The notes: generated by a model from the sequence alone, not told the origin. 64,000 bases of DNA from Puia sp. (GCA_965214575.1 CBDCCE010000017.1:30256-94255), one strand, 5' to 3'; positions 1 through 10,743 are shown, counted from the first letter of the stretch. Program-made: numbers and translations.

Positions 1-1799
1 GCCTTTTTCCCGTTGGCATATACTTTCCAGTTATTTCTTACCACAGGGGTCATGTTTAAAATAACCAGGATATCGTTTTCAGGATCTTTACCTTTTCTTC
101 TGAATACGATGACCGATTCCTGACGGTGTTCCAGATCGATCCATTCAAAACCATCAACGTTAAACTGATTTTCATACAGGGCGGGTTCGGCCCTGAGTAA
201 AAGATTCAGATCGCGCACACAATCCTTCATTTTCCAGTGCAATTCATATTTCAGCAGGTACCATTGCAATTCGCTTTTATGATTCCATTCGTCGGTCGCG
301 CCGAATTCGTCACCCATGAAAAGGAGTTTACCTCCGGGATGCATGAACATGTAACTGTACATCAGTCGAAGATTGGCAAACTTCTGCCAGTCATCGCCGG
401 GCATCTTATATAACATCGGAGATTTTCCATGTACCACTTCATCGTGACTCAGCGGTAACATAAAATTCTCATCGTAGAAGTACATCAGGCTAAACGTGAA
501 TTTGTCCTGCAGGCCTTTGCGCAATAAAGGATCGGCTTTGAAATAGTCGAGCGTATCGTGCATCCAGCCCATCATCCATTTCATGCCAAATCCGAGTCCA
601 CCGGCAAATGTGGGACGGCTGATTCCCGGCCAGTCTGTTGCTTCTTCGGCGATCGTTTGTGTATCCGGAAAATCCCTGTACAGCGTTTCGTTGAGGTCTT
701 TAATAAACGCGATGGCTTCCAGATTTCCATCTCCGCCAAATTCGTTGGGTTCCCACTGACCTTCTGTGCGGGAGTAATTTAATTTAAGCATGGAGCTCAC
801 TGCATCCACGCGAATCCCGTCCGCATGAAATTTATCACACCAGAAACGGCCGCTGCTGATGAGGAAGGATTTAACTTCTCCTCTTTTATAATTAAAAATA
901 TAACTGTTCCAGTCGGGATGATAGCCTTTGCGCATATCCGAATATTCATAGGTATTTGCGCCGTCAAACATATAGAGACCGTGGGCATCATAGGGAAAAT
1001 GGGAAGGAACCCAATCCAGGAGTACTCCGATACCCGCCTCATGAAAAGCACCCACGAGTTCCATAAAGGACTGGGGATCTCCAAAACGGGAAGTCGGTGC
1101 AAAATATCCTACGCCCTGATAACCCCAGCTTCCGTCGTAAGGATATTCCATTACGGGCATCAGCTCTACGTGTGTAAAACCCATTTCCTTCACATAAGGC
1201 ACCAGCCTTTCGCGGATCTGGTCATAGGTATTATACGTTTCTTCATCTTCTGCATTCGGACGCATCCAGCTGGCCAGATGCACTTCATACACACTCCATG
1301 GCTGGTCCAGCGAATTGTGTTTTTTCCGCGTTTTCATCCATTGATCATCCTTCCAGTGATAATCCAGATCCCAGGTAATGGTAGCGGTTTTGGGTCTTTG
1401 TTCCCAGAAATGTCCGAACGGGTCTCCCTTAACGGTTTCAGAATCGTTAAAGCCCCGGATATGATATTTATAAATTTCCCCGCGACTGATGTTGGGTATA
1501 AAGCCTTCCCATATGCCTGATTTTTCAAGTCGTACAAAAAGCGGATGGGCATCCGGTTTCCAGTCGTTGAAATTTCCGATTACGGAGACGGCTGTTGCAT
1601 TGGGCGCCCATACGGCAAAATAATATCCTTTTGTTCCCAGCACTTCCCGCGCGTGAGAACCAAATATTTCATACAGACTATAATGTGTGCCGCTTTGAAA
1701 ATTACTGATGTCAGCATCAGAAAAAAGGGAGTAGTTCCAAACGGGTTTCGTGGAATCTACAAAATGCGTGTTCTCGTAATTTGATATCTGTTCTTTCAC
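1..1799 (-). CDS. glgB: 1,4-alpha-glucan branching enzyme (GH13); the 3' end runs off the window
   Basis: Absent from the ORF track because there is no stop inside the window. Manual minus-strand translation from GTG at 1799 gives VKEQISNYENTHF..GYYFAVWAPNATAVSVIGNFNDW..SVYEVHLASWMR..YQGVGYFAPTSRFG..LLDWVPSHFP..HADGIRVDAVSSMLKL..IAEEATDW..LPLSHDEVVHGK, which are branching-enzyme/GH13 motifs. Plus-strand ORFs at 558-1784 are antisense shadows. Confidence 0.85.
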   Translation of the reverse strand, partial: MKEQISNYENTHFVDSTKPVWNYSLFSDADISNFQSGTHYSLYEIFGSHAREVLGTKGYYFAVWAPNATAVSVIGNFNDWKPDAHPLFVRLEKSGIWEGFIPNISRGEIYKYHIRGFNDSETVKGDPFGHFWEQRPKTATITWDLDYHWKDDQWMKTRKKHNSLDQPWSVYEVHLASWMRPNAEDEETYNTYDQIRERLVPYVKEMGFTHVELMPVMEYPYDGSWGYQGVGYFAPTSRFGDPQSFMELVGAFHEAGIGVLLDWVPSHFPYDAHGLYMFDGANTYEYSDMRKGYHPDWNSYIFNYKRGEVKSFLISSGRFWCDKFHADGIRVDAVSSMLKLNYSRTEGQWEPNEFGGDGNLEAIAFIKDLNETLYRDFPDTQTIAEEATDWPGISRPTFAGGLGFGMKWMMGWMHDTLDYFKADPLLRKGLQDKFTFSLMYFYDENFMLPLSHDEVVHGKSPMLYKMPGDDWQKFANLRLMYSYMFMHPGGKLLFMGDEFGATDEWNHKSELQWYLLKYELHWKMKDCVRDLNLLLRAEPALYENQFNVDGFEWIDLEHRQESVIVFRRKGKDPENDILVILNMTPVVRNNWKVYANGKK

Positions 1800-1804
1800 C
1801 TTTA

Positions 1805-3739
1805 CTAATGTACGATCTTATTATCAGTCGGCCGTTTTTTTAGCTGCAGTATTCTGATGGAACGGGCAGGAATATTCAATTTATCATTTAACGGATAGTT
1901 ATTGCCCGTGATGATATCGGTGGCAGAAACAAAGCCGTCTGTTCTTTCTGAAAAATCGCTGAACCGGATGGCTTCTGTCAGGCTGTCGGAGTTGAGTGCG
2001 CAGAGAATGGTTTCTTTTTCATCATAACGAAAATAAACATATACCCCTTTTGACGGAATATACTGCATAAGCTTTCCTTTTGTGAGTGCGGAGGATGATT
2101 TTCTGAAACCGGCCAGTTTGGAAACATAATTAAAAGCCCTGTTTTCCATTTCCGTTCGTCCTTCGGGAAGAAATTTATTTTTTGGATCACCGGCAAAACC
2201 TCCGGGGAAGTCTTCTCTGACCATGGCATCTGAAGGATTCTTGAAATTTTTCATCAGAATTTCTGTACCATAATATAAATGAGGAATACCCCTTTCTGTT
2301 AACAGCAGTCCCAATCCCATTTCAAAATTGGCATAGTCTTCTCCTGCCACGGAATAAAACCGGTCCATATCGTGATTGTCGAGGAAAATGCAGTTGTTCA
2401 TCGGATCCCTATACAGTATGTCTTCCGCGAGTGTGGTGTACAGTTTCATGACGCCATCTGACCACCCGTAATTTTTCTTCAGGGCCTCCAGCATGGCTGA
2501 ACAAACCGGGAAATCAAGAATACCCGTGAGATTGCTCTTCCAGGCGACGTTCAGATTATTGCGGCAGAAATAAGCCCCGGCGGCTACAGTACTTACTGTG
2601 GCTTCGCCCAGTGAGGTGATGGCAGGAAATTCTTTTTCAAGTGCTGCGTTGAGATTATTCAGGAAAGCGGGATCGCAATATTTATAAGTGTCCACCCGCC
2701 ATCCGTCCAGCTGAAAGGTTTCGGTCATCCAGATGGCCTGTTGAATCAGATAGGTGGCCAGCAGCGGATTTTTGAGATTGAGATCAGGCAGATGCGGAAC
2801 AAACCATCCGGCTTCCATGACTTCCCTGTCTTTTGCAGAGGCATGAATATCGAAGATCGCCTGTTCACGATGACTGGTGTTCTGGTATTCCGGCCATTGA
2901 TTGATCCAGTCCGGTTCGGGGGGGTCGCTCATGATCCAGTGCGAAGCACCGATATGATTATATACTGCATCCTGGATCAGTTTCAATCCGCGGGCATGCG
3001 CTGCCTTCACCAGATTAAGGTAAGCCTGTTTGCCGCCCAGCCGTTGATCGATTTCATAGTGATCGGTAAACCAATAGCCGTGGTAACCACTCATCCATCC
3101 AGGAGGCTCTTTTTCCAGGGGCATATCGTTTTCAATCACCGGCGTAAGCCATATTGCGGTGGCACCGAGTTGCTGAATATAGTCGAGGTGATTGATAACT
3201 CCCTGCAGATCGCCGCCGTGACGGGCAAGCGGATTATTCCTGTCGGCAATCGTGTCGCGGAGTGTACTGAATTTATCATTGCCCGGATCGCCATTACTGA
3301 ACCGGTCGGGCATCAGGAGATAAATAAAATCGGATGAGTTTATTCCGCGGGCCCAGGTTTTGCCTTTGTCCGGAGTCTGCTTCAGTAAAGGAATACCCAT
3401 TACATAATAAGTATCCTGGACATGTATATCGAAAGACAGTTTTCCCGCTCTGGCATTCGGTCCAACAGTAAAATGCAGGAAAAGATAATTTGGATTTTTA
3501 GTTTTTTGAATGGAGTCCAGTGTAATTCCCGGATTGTATTTTTGGCTAAAAGAAACCTGGCCCCTTCCAAAATTTTTCGCCCTTACCATCAATTGCAAAT
3601 GGGGATTTTTCATTCCGATCCACCAGGTTTTAGGATACAGGCTGATTCCAAGGGCGTGCAGCATGGAATCTTCCTTCAGGCTTTGGCAAAAAGAGAAATG
3701 TATTGTCAATAAAAGCGGAAGAAAAAATAACTTTCTCAT
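1805..3739 (-). CDS. Secreted GH13 alpha-amylase family hydrolase (cyclomaltodextrinase/neopullulanase-like)
   Basis: 644 aa ORF with an N-terminal signal peptide (MRKLFFLPLLLTIHFSFC). GH13 motifs are present: DRFSNGDP, GGDLQG, DAVYNH, GWRVDTYKY, FLDNHD. Confidence 0.85.
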   Translation of the reverse strand: MRKLFFLPLLLTIHFSFCQSLKEDSMLHALGISLYPKTWWIGMKNPHLQLMVRAKNFGRGQVSFSQKYNPGITLDSIQKTKNPNYLFLHFTVGPNARAGKLSFDIHVQDTYYVMGIPLLKQTPDKGKTWARGINSSDFIYLLMPDRFSNGDPGNDKFSTLRDTIADRNNPLARHGGDLQGVINHLDYIQQLGATAIWLTPVIENDMPLEKEPPGWMSGYHGYWFTDHYEIDQRLGGKQAYLNLVKAAHARGLKLIQDAVYNHIGASHWIMSDPPEPDWINQWPEYQNTSHREQAIFDIHASAKDREVMEAGWFVPHLPDLNLKNPLLATYLIQQAIWMTETFQLDGWRVDTYKYCDPAFLNNLNAALEKEFPAITSLGEATVSTVAAGAYFCRNNLNVAWKSNLTGILDFPVCSAMLEALKKNYGWSDGVMKLYTTLAEDILYRDPMNNCIFLDNHDMDRFYSVAGEDYANFEMGLGLLLTERGIPHLYYGTEILMKNFKNPSDAMVREDFPGGFAGDPKNKFLPEGRTEMENRAFNYVSKLAGFRKSSSALTKGKLMQYIPSKGVYVYFRYDEKETILCALNSDSLTEAIRFSDFSERTDGFVSATDIITGNNYPLNDKLNIPARSIRILQLKKRPTDNKIVH

Positions 3740-5130
3740 GACGCAGCAAGTCTTTGCTGTTTCCTGCTGATCCGGATATCTCCTTCATCATAAACAAAAA
3801 GCACACTGATGGCTGCGCAGAATAAAAAGAAACCGGCAAGTACAATAGCATAAATAGGCTGACCGCCATAAATATGTTTTACTATGGAGCCTCCAAATAA
3901 GCCATTTACGATCTGGGGAAGGGTAATAAAAAAATTAAAGATGCCCATATAAATACCGAGTTTACCCGGAGGAATGGATCCGGAAAGAATAACATAAGGC
4001 ATGGCCAGAATGCTGGCCCAGGCCAGTCCGACACCGATCATGGAAAAATTCAGCATGGCCGGGTCCTTCACAAAAAAGATTGAAATTAAACCCGCCCCAC
4101 CGGCCATCAGAGAAAATGCGTGAGTTGCTTTTCTGCCTATCTTTCTGGCAATGGATGGTAATAAAAGCGCATAGAACATGGCGATACCGTTATATACACC
4201 GAAAGCCGAACTCACTTTATTACCTGCTTCATTATATGCGACCGATTTGGAATAGTCGCCGGATAAACCGTAGATATGTGTGGCTACGGCATCTGTTGTA
4301 AACACCCACATACTGAATAAAGCAAACCAGGAAAAGAACTGCACCAGTCCAAGCTGTTTCATGGTTTTCGGCATATGCCGGAAGTCATGTATGATTTCCC
4401 TGACACCCGATTTTTTATGTGATTTGTCTGGTTTGCCGTGATACCTCTCATATTCTGCCGGCGCGTATTCTTTGGAAAAGAATACCGTGATCAGTATCGC
4501 AATGATGAATACTGTGGCGCCGATGTAAAATGAATATTTGATATTATCGGCCACACCGGAGCTGCCGGGCTGAAGACTGAAACCATGATTGCCCAGAAAC
4601 TCGGGAAGGTAAGAACCGCCCACGGCACCCAGGCCGATGAGAAAAGTCTGAATACTAAACCCCAGTGTCCTTTGTTTGTCGGGCAGGTTATCCGCTACCA
4701 GTGCGCGAAAAGGTTCCATCGCAATATTAAACGAGGTATCCATTACCATCACCATTCCGGCACCGATCCACAATGCGGGTACAACGGAAGCAAAAGCTCC
4801 GGAGTTTGGAAGAAATATCAACGCGAGGGAGGAAAGGATCGCGCCCGTTAAAAAGTAGGGTTTTCTTCTGCCCAGACGATTCCAGGTTTTGTCGCTATAG
4901 TGACCGATCAGCGGTTGCACAATCATTCCGACAACCGGTGCAACGAGCCAGAAAGCGGGCAGCTGATCCACATCCGCACCGAATGAGCGAAGAATGCGGC
5001 TTGTGTTTCCGTTTTGCAAAGCGAATCCGAACTGGATACCCATGAAGCCGAAACTCATCGTAACAATCTGCCAGATGGTAAGTTGCGGTTTGGGAGCCAG
5101 TTTAACCGGCCCTGAAGAAGAAGTGGTCAT
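3736..5130 (-). CDS. MFS sugar transporter (GPH/SLC45-like, probable maltose/maltodextrin uptake)
   Basis: 464 aa multi-pass hydrophobic ORF. The N-terminal motif is GHYSDKTWNRLGRRKPY. It overlaps the downstream amylase gene by 4 nt within the glycogen cluster. Confidence 0.75.
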   Translation of the reverse strand: MTTSSSGPVKLAPKPQLTIWQIVTMSFGFMGIQFGFALQNGNTSRILRSFGADVDQLPAFWLVAPVVGMIVQPLIGHYSDKTWNRLGRRKPYFLTGAILSSLALIFLPNSGAFASVVPALWIGAGMVMVMDTSFNIAMEPFRALVADNLPDKQRTLGFSIQTFLIGLGAVGGSYLPEFLGNHGFSLQPGSSGVADNIKYSFYIGATVFIIAILITVFFSKEYAPAEYERYHGKPDKSHKKSGVREIIHDFRHMPKTMKQLGLVQFFSWFALFSMWVFTTDAVATHIYGLSGDYSKSVAYNEAGNKVSSAFGVYNGIAMFYALLLPSIARKIGRKATHAFSLMAGGAGLISIFFVKDPAMLNFSMIGVGLAWASILAMPYVILSGSIPPGKLGIYMGIFNFFITLPQIVNGLFGGSIVKHIYGGQPIYAIVLAGFFLFCAAISVLFVYDEGDIRISRKQQRLAAS

Positions 5131-5145
5131 AGCAATCGTTAAAAA

Positions 5146-6420
5146 CTATATCACAAAACCGTTTGGAATCACTGCACCTTTTTTAACCACCACGATACCG
5201 TCTTTCACAGTATATAAAGCGTGGTCCGTATTTTCAAGGTGTGGTCCTCCGTTGATGCGCACGTCATCTCCGATTCGGGCGTTCTTATCTACAATACAAT
5301 TGCGGATATAACAGCGATCGCCGATACCGACAGAAGGGAGTCCGTGTTCCCGGTCGTGACGAATTTCTTCGATCGTTTCATAATAATCTATTCCCATCAG
5401 GTAACTGCTGACGATGGTCGTGGCAATTCCGATCCGGGTGCGGATACCGATCACACTGCTTTCAATGCGCGATGCATTGATAATGCAGCCCTCCGCGATA
5501 ATGGTTTTTTCGAGCGTCGTCCCACTGATTTTCGCAGGTGGAAGCATTCGGGCACGCGTATAAATGGCGTTGCTGTTATCGAATAAATTGAAATCCGGAA
5601 TTTCTTTGGTCAGTCCGAGATTGGCTTCGAAGAAAGAATAAATGTTTCCGATATCTGTCCAGTAGCCATCGTATTGAAAACTGACTACTTTGTATTTGTC
5701 GATTGACTGGGGCAGGATTTCCTTTCCGAAATCGGTGGCTTCCACATATTCATTCTGTAAAAGATCCTGCAGGAGCTGGCGGTTAAAAATATAAATACCC
5801 ATGGAAGCCAGGTAGTTTCTGCCCTGGTGCTGCATGGCTTCACCCGTATCGCTGGTCCAGTCTTTCAACACTTCTTTTTTTGGCTTTTCAATGAAAGAAG
5901 TGATAAAACCGCGATCGTCCTTCTTCAGGATGCCAAATTCAGACGCTTCGCGATCAGCCACCGGAATGGTCGCGATGGTAATCTCGGCGTTCTGGTTAAT
6001 ATGATTATTCAGCATTTCCATAAAATTCATCTGGTAAAGCTGATCACCCGAAAGAATGAGAATATAATCCGCTTCAAAGGGGCCGAGATGACGGAGACAT
6101 TGTCTGACCGCATCCGCTGTTCCCTGATACCAGGTTGGATTATCAGGCGTTTGTTCTGCTGCCAGTATATCCACGAAGGCAGAACTGAATGCACTGAAAT
6201 GGTAGGTGTTTTTAATATGCCTGTTCAGCGAAGCGGAATTGAACTGGGTAAGAACAAACATACGGTCGATACCCGAATTGAGGCAATTGGAAATAGGAAT
6301 ATCTACCAGCCGGTATTTTCCTGCAATCGGAACAGCTGGTTTGGACCTGCTTGCGGTGAGTGGATATAAACGTGTGCCGGCTCCGCCGCCTAAAATAACC
6401 GCTAAAACTTTTTTTGACAT
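5146..6420 (-). CDS. glgC: Glucose-1-phosphate adenylyltransferase
   Basis: 424 aa. The N-terminus LAVILGGGAGTRLYPLTASRSKPAVPIAGKYRLVDIPISNCLNSGI is typical of ADP-glucose pyrophosphorylase, and there is a C-terminal left-handed beta-helix region. Confidence 0.9.
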   Translation of the reverse strand: MSKKVLAVILGGGAGTRLYPLTASRSKPAVPIAGKYRLVDIPISNCLNSGIDRMFVLTQFNSASLNRHIKNTYHFSAFSSAFVDILAAEQTPDNPTWYQGTADAVRQCLRHLGPFEADYILILSGDQLYQMNFMEMLNNHINQNAEITIATIPVADREASEFGILKKDDRGFITSFIEKPKKEVLKDWTSDTGEAMQHQGRNYLASMGIYIFNRQLLQDLLQNEYVEATDFGKEILPQSIDKYKVVSFQYDGYWTDIGNIYSFFEANLGLTKEIPDFNLFDNSNAIYTRARMLPPAKISGTTLEKTIIAEGCIINASRIESSVIGIRTRIGIATTIVSSYLMGIDYYETIEEIRHDREHGLPSVGIGDRCYIRNCIVDKNARIGDDVRINGGPHLENTDHALYTVKDGIVVVKKGAVIPNGFVI

Positions 6421-6442
6421 ACAATCTTATTTAATAATCCTT

Positions 6443-7855
6443 TTAAAGCGAGACATAAAGGTCGAGGTATTTTTGCATGCTGGTTTCCCAGCTAAAATCC
6501 AGTCGCATCATTCTTCTTCTCAATTCTTCCATCAGCAGGTGATCCTGGTATAATTGAACAGCGCGCCATATCGCATGGGTGATATCTCCTACTATGGCAT
6601 TATTGAACCGGATACCGTATCCGTCCGGATCACCGAAATCCTTAACCGTATCTTTCAATCCACCCGTAGCTCTTACGACAGGAACGGTTCCGTACCGCAT
6701 GGCGTACATCTGATTTAGGCCGCAGGGTTCCACTCGACTGGGCATTAAAATGAAATCGGCTCCGGCATACATCACGTGACTCAGCGATTCGTCGTAACCT
6801 ATAAAAAGACTAAAGTCACCTTCACTAAAACCACTTACTCTTTCCAGATTGTCCTGAATTCCCGGCGCGCCACTTCCCAGAATGAGAAAATTCATTTTCC
6901 GGCCGATATAATAAAATGAATCGCCGATGGCCTGGGGAAGCAGGTCAGCTCCTTTCTCTCCGACCAGTCTGCCAATAAAAGCGATTAGTGGTTTATCTAT
7001 TTCCAGACCAAACCGCTGACAAAGTATTTCTTTATTTTTTGATTTGCCAGCGGCATTCGATTTAATATTATAATGGTATTCCAGGTAACTGTCTGTTTCC
7101 GGATCCCATACTTTGGTATCAATGCCATTCAGAATTCCCGTACACTTCCCTTTTTCATATTCGAAAAGAGCTTCCAGTCCATTCGCCGCCCAGCGCAGTT
7201 CATCCATATAACTCTGGCTCACCGTGGTTACTTTCCAGGCGCAGCGCACCCCGCAGGCCAGCGCGTTGATGCTTTTGTTCCATTCGAGCAAACCCGATTT
7301 CCAGGTATCCCAGGCCGGTATATAATAGCTTTTTTCCCAGCCCAGCCATCCCTGGTACTCACCGTTATGGATGGTCAGCACGGTTTTTACTTCACGCAAA
7401 TGCTGGTAACGGTAACAGTGTTTTAACATGAAAGGAATAAGCGCTGCCTGGTGATCGTGCACGTGCACCACGTCGGGATGATGTTTCCAGGTGGCCAGCC
7501 AGTCCACCACTGCGATCTGAAAAGAGATAAACCTTTCGGAGTCGTCGTCGTATCCATAAATTTTATCGCGGTCAAGCAGACCATTAATATCTACGAGATA
7601 GAGATCGAAACCCAGTATGTTTTTTTTTTCTTTAATGATGGTATAGATAAACCACCAGTTTCCCAGATTGGTATATCCTTTATGCACCACATCAAATTCG
7701 TTGTTGTAAAGAAATTTGGTCTTGTACATCGGCATCACCACTTTGGCGATATGCTCTGCTTCCGTTTGGTATTTCGGTAAGGCGCCCACTACATCCCCCA
7801 GCCCTCCGGCCTTGGCGACCGGATAACACTCTGCTGAAACGTGTAAAATCTCCAT
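6443..7855 (-). CDS. glgA: Glycogen synthase (GT5)
   Basis: 470 aa. MEILHVSAECYPVAKAGGLGDVVGALPK is the canonical GlgA N-terminus. The gene is adjacent to glgC. Confidence 0.9.
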   Translation of the reverse strand: MEILHVSAECYPVAKAGGLGDVVGALPKYQTEAEHIAKVVMPMYKTKFLYNNEFDVVHKGYTNLGNWWFIYTIIKEKKNILGFDLYLVDINGLLDRDKIYGYDDDSERFISFQIAVVDWLATWKHHPDVVHVHDHQAALIPFMLKHCYRYQHLREVKTVLTIHNGEYQGWLGWEKSYYIPAWDTWKSGLLEWNKSINALACGVRCAWKVTTVSQSYMDELRWAANGLEALFEYEKGKCTGILNGIDTKVWDPETDSYLEYHYNIKSNAAGKSKNKEILCQRFGLEIDKPLIAFIGRLVGEKGADLLPQAIGDSFYYIGRKMNFLILGSGAPGIQDNLERVSGFSEGDFSLFIGYDESLSHVMYAGADFILMPSRVEPCGLNQMYAMRYGTVPVVRATGGLKDTVKDFGDPDGYGIRFNNAIVGDITHAIWRAVQLYQDHLLMEELRRRMMRLDFSWETSMQKYLDLYVSL

Positions 7856-7958
7856 GAAATGAGGTTGTATATAAAAGCGATCGTCAGAATAGAGATCAAT
7901 TTAAGAAGGATTACGCGATTCTCATGCTATATGAAAAAATTTTTCATCAAGCCAAAAC

Positions 7959-9470
7959 TTGACTACTTTCAGCACTCAATTAAAAGCTTGCCAGCCCATG
8001 AGCCAAAACACCAAATGGTCACAATTTTCCGTTCTAATCAGTGTTTTCTTTTTCTGGGGTTTTGTCGCCGCCAGCAACGATATCCTGATTCCTGTTTTTA
8101 AAGAGAAACTGCATTTGCAGCAATGGCAGTCCCAAATGATATCTTTTGCATTTTATGTGGCTTATACGGTAGGATCCATAATTTATTTTTTCATTTCCAA
8201 AGCCTACGGCGGAGATATTCTGAACCGGATCGGGTATAAAAATGGAATCGCAGTAGGATTGGTGATCTCTGCCATTGGAACACTTTTGTTTTATCCGGCT
8301 GCGCAGACTTCTTCTTTCGCCTTAATGATAACAGGTCTATTTATTGTCGGACTCGGATTTTCCCTGCAGCAAACGGCTGCCAATCCGCTGGCTATTATTA
8401 TGGGTGACCCAAAAACCGGATCCCAGCGACTCAGTCTCGCGGGTGGCGTCAATAATTTTGGAACCACGATAGGTCCCCTGCTGGTGAGCTTCGCTATTTT
8501 TGGAACGGTTGCCGTGGGTACAAAAGGAGTAGCCAGTATTGAAAGTATAAAAACACCTTATCTGATATTGGGAATCGCTTTTCTGGTGGTAGCGGCCATC
8601 TTTAAATTCTCCTCTCTCCCTAATAAGATAGATCTTGATGCCGTTGCGGCTGAAGAAGCAGCCAGCGGAGTTAAAGTGATTGATAAAGGCGGACCCTTAA
8701 AATACACACAACTTGCGCTTGGTATGCTCGGCATTTTTGTATATGTGGGAGTAGAAGTCAGCACCGCCAGCAACCTGCCTGAGTTTATGAAGGAACATGT
8801 GGCTACTGCAGACGGACTTCCTTTTCCGACGGAGAATATTGCCCCTTTTGTTTCTCTTTACTGGGCGAGCCTGATGATTGGCCGATGGACTTCCTCTGTG
8901 GGAGCTTTCGGTGTGAGTACCAGTGCCAAAAAAGTGTTGAATTTTGTTATGCCTTATCTGGCCTTCGGTGTTTTCCTGCTTGTCAACAAGATTGCGAAAC
9001 ATGATATCACGCCTTTTTATATTTATGCATTCGTGATTATTGCCATGATTGCCGGCACACTGCTCAGCCGCGGAAATCCGGCGCGGCAGTTACTTATTTT
9101 TTCGGGAATGGCCATTGTTGCCCTTTTTATAGGAATGTTATCCCATGGCATGACCAGCGTTTACGCGTTTATCAGCGTGGGTTTATTTTGTTCAACACTC
9201 TGGCCATGTATATTTACCCTGGCGATTGCCGGATTGGGCAGGCATACAAACGAAGGCGCCAGTTTTCTGGTGATGATGATTTTTGGAGGAGGAATTATCA
9301 GCCTGTTACAGGGTTATCTCGCGGACAATCGCTTCCTGGGAATTCAATGGTCTTATCTGGTGGGCGTGGCCTGTTTTACCTATCTCGCATTTTATGCAGT
9401 TAAAGTGAAAGCTGTGCTGAAGAGTCAGGGAATTGATTATGATGCCCTTCAGCAGTCCGGCGGACATTAA
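7959..9470 (+). CDS. Sugar MFS transporter (FucP/GluP glucose-galactose family)
   Basis: 503 aa with 12-TM-like hydrophobicity. The motif FFFWGFVAASNDILIPVFK is typical of the FucP/GluP family. An alternative start exists at 7998 (MSQNTKW). The gene is upstream of the glucokinase. Confidence 0.8.
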   Translation: MTTFSTQLKACQPMSQNTKWSQFSVLISVFFFWGFVAASNDILIPVFKEKLHLQQWQSQMISFAFYVAYTVGSIIYFFISKAYGGDILNRIGYKNGIAVGLVISAIGTLLFYPAAQTSSFALMITGLFIVGLGFSLQQTAANPLAIIMGDPKTGSQRLSLAGGVNNFGTTIGPLLVSFAIFGTVAVGTKGVASIESIKTPYLILGIAFLVVAAIFKFSSLPNKIDLDAVAAEEAASGVKVIDKGGPLKYTQLALGMLGIFVYVGVEVSTASNLPEFMKEHVATADGLPFPTENIAPFVSLYWASLMIGRWTSSVGAFGVSTSAKKVLNFVMPYLAFGVFLLVNKIAKHDITPFYIYAFVIIAMIAGTLLSRGNPARQLLIFSGMAIVALFIGMLSHGMTSVYAFISVGLFCSTLWPCIFTLAIAGLGRHTNEGASFLVMMIFGGGIISLLQGYLADNRFLGIQWSYLVGVACFTYLAFYAVKVKAVLKSQGIDYDALQQSGGH

Positions 9471-9500
9471 TTTTTTAAATTCAGTTGAAGAAAAGCAGCC

Positions 9501-10487
9501 ATGTCAAAAGCAACGTCAACCCCGGCAGCACTGGAGCCTCTGGCTATCGGTATTGATATCGGAGGAACAGGAACCAAGTTTGGAATTGTAGATCGTATTG
9601 GAAATGTTTTATTTTCAGGAGATCTGTCCACCAGGAAACATAAAAAGATAGAAACCTTTATTGATGAGCTGTATGAAAAACTTTCGGCTCTCATTCAAAC
9701 GGTGGGAGGATCCGGAAGGATCAGAGGTATCGGAGTCGGTGCGCCCAATGGAAATTTTTATACAGGAACCATCGAATACGCCCCTAACCTTCCCTGGAAA
9801 GGCATTGTTCCGCTTGCCCAATTGATTCAGGATAAATTTCAGCTCACCAGTATTCTTACCAATGATGCCAATGCGGCAGCGATTGGCGAAATGATGTATG
9901 GAGCAGCTCAGGGCATGAAGGATTTCATCATGATCACACTCGGTACCGGAGTGGGCAGCGGCATTGTTGCTAACGGACATCTGATCCTGGGTCACGATGG
10001 ATTTGCGGGAGAACTTGGTCATACCATCATCATACCCGATGGGAGATACCATGAAGGAACGGGTAAACACGGATCTCTTGAAAGCTATGCATCCGCCACA
10101 GGCGTTATGCTGACGGCGAAAGAAGTTCTTGAAAAAACCAAAGAAGAAAGCCTGTTGAGAAAAATTCCCGTGGATGAAATTGATTCGCGCAAAGTATACG
10201 ATGCGGCTATTCAGGGAGATAAAGTAGCACGTGAAATATTCGACTATACAGGAAAGATCCTCGGTATGGCCCTGGCCAATTTTGTGATGTTCTCCAGTCC
10301 CGAAGCGATTATCCTTTTCGGCGGACTCACCAAAGCAGGAGATTTACTGCTAAAACCAACCCGCAAGCATATGGAGGCTAATCTGATTCAGGTATTCCAG
10401 AATCGGGTGAAGATTCTTGTTAGTCACCTCAGAGAATCTGACGCGGCCATACTTGGTGCCAGCGCTCTGGTCTGGGATATGGCTTAA
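9501..10487 (+). CDS. glk: ROK family glucokinase
   Basis: 328 aa. It has the ATP-binding motif AIGIDIGGTGTKFGIVD and the ROK signature region GHDGFAGELGH. Confidence 0.85.
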   Translation: MSKATSTPAALEPLAIGIDIGGTGTKFGIVDRIGNVLFSGDLSTRKHKKIETFIDELYEKLSALIQTVGGSGRIRGIGVGAPNGNFYTGTIEYAPNLPWKGIVPLAQLIQDKFQLTSILTNDANAAAIGEMMYGAAQGMKDFIMITLGTGVGSGIVANGHLILGHDGFAGELGHTIIIPDGRYHEGTGKHGSLESYASATGVMLTAKEVLEKTKEESLLRKIPVDEIDSRKVYDAAIQGDKVAREIFDYTGKILGMALANFVMFSSPEAIILFGGLTKAGDLLLKPTRKHMEANLIQVFQNRVKILVSHLRESDAAILGASALVWDMA

Positions 10488-10534
10488 AAAGCTTAAGGCC
10501 TAAAACCCAAGGCTTAAAGTTTAAAGCCTAAAAC
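10482..10534. repeat. Short A-rich GCYTAAAG-type tandem repeat block (dispersed family, locus 1)
   Basis: The sequence gcttaaaaagcttaaggcctaaaacccaaggcttaaagtttaaagcctaaaac begins at the glk stop codon. Related blocks occur at 32315-32356, 59121-59172 and more weakly at 62360-62385. Confidence 0.6.
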
Positions 10535-10608
10535 TGGCGGAGGCGGATGGCATGATTTTTAAAACCATAAGGCGACATCCCTAATGGAATTCATTTAAAA
10601 ATCATGTT

Positions 10609-10743
10609 ATGAAGAAATTCGTTTTTGCATTTTTATGTATTGCTTTTCTGGCCAGCTGTGCGCCAGGCCGACATGGACAACCACCGGCACCGCCAACACC
10701 TCCCGGTGCTGCGGCACCGCCCCCGCCTCCTCCTCATCCTTAA
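10609..10743 (+). CDS. 44 aa proline-rich lipoprotein
   Basis: Below the ORF-track size cut-off. Manual translation gives MKKFVFAFLCIAFLASCAPGRHGQPPAPPTPPGAAAPPPPPPHP, with a signal peptide plus a lipobox (LASC). A strong hairpin follows. Confidence 0.45.
   Translation: MKKFVFAFLCIAFLASCAPGRHGQPPAPPTPPGAAAPPPPPPHP

Noticed and set aside
558-1784. Several plus-strand ORFs (74-231 aa) and short minus-strand ORFs reported by the ORF track
   Set aside because: They lie antisense to, or out of frame with, a continuous minus-strand reading frame that translates into an unmistakable GlgB sequence. They are shadow ORFs. The same applies to the many internal antisense ORFs inside other confident genes, for example 2741-3337, 34964-35518, 39891-40550 and 45002-45565.
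10482-10534. Short tandem repeat blocks as CRISPR arrays (also 32315-32356, 59121-59172 and 23681-23786)
   Set aside because: The units are 7-11 bp with no unique spacers of 25-40 bp, and no cas genes are present. They are not CRISPR.
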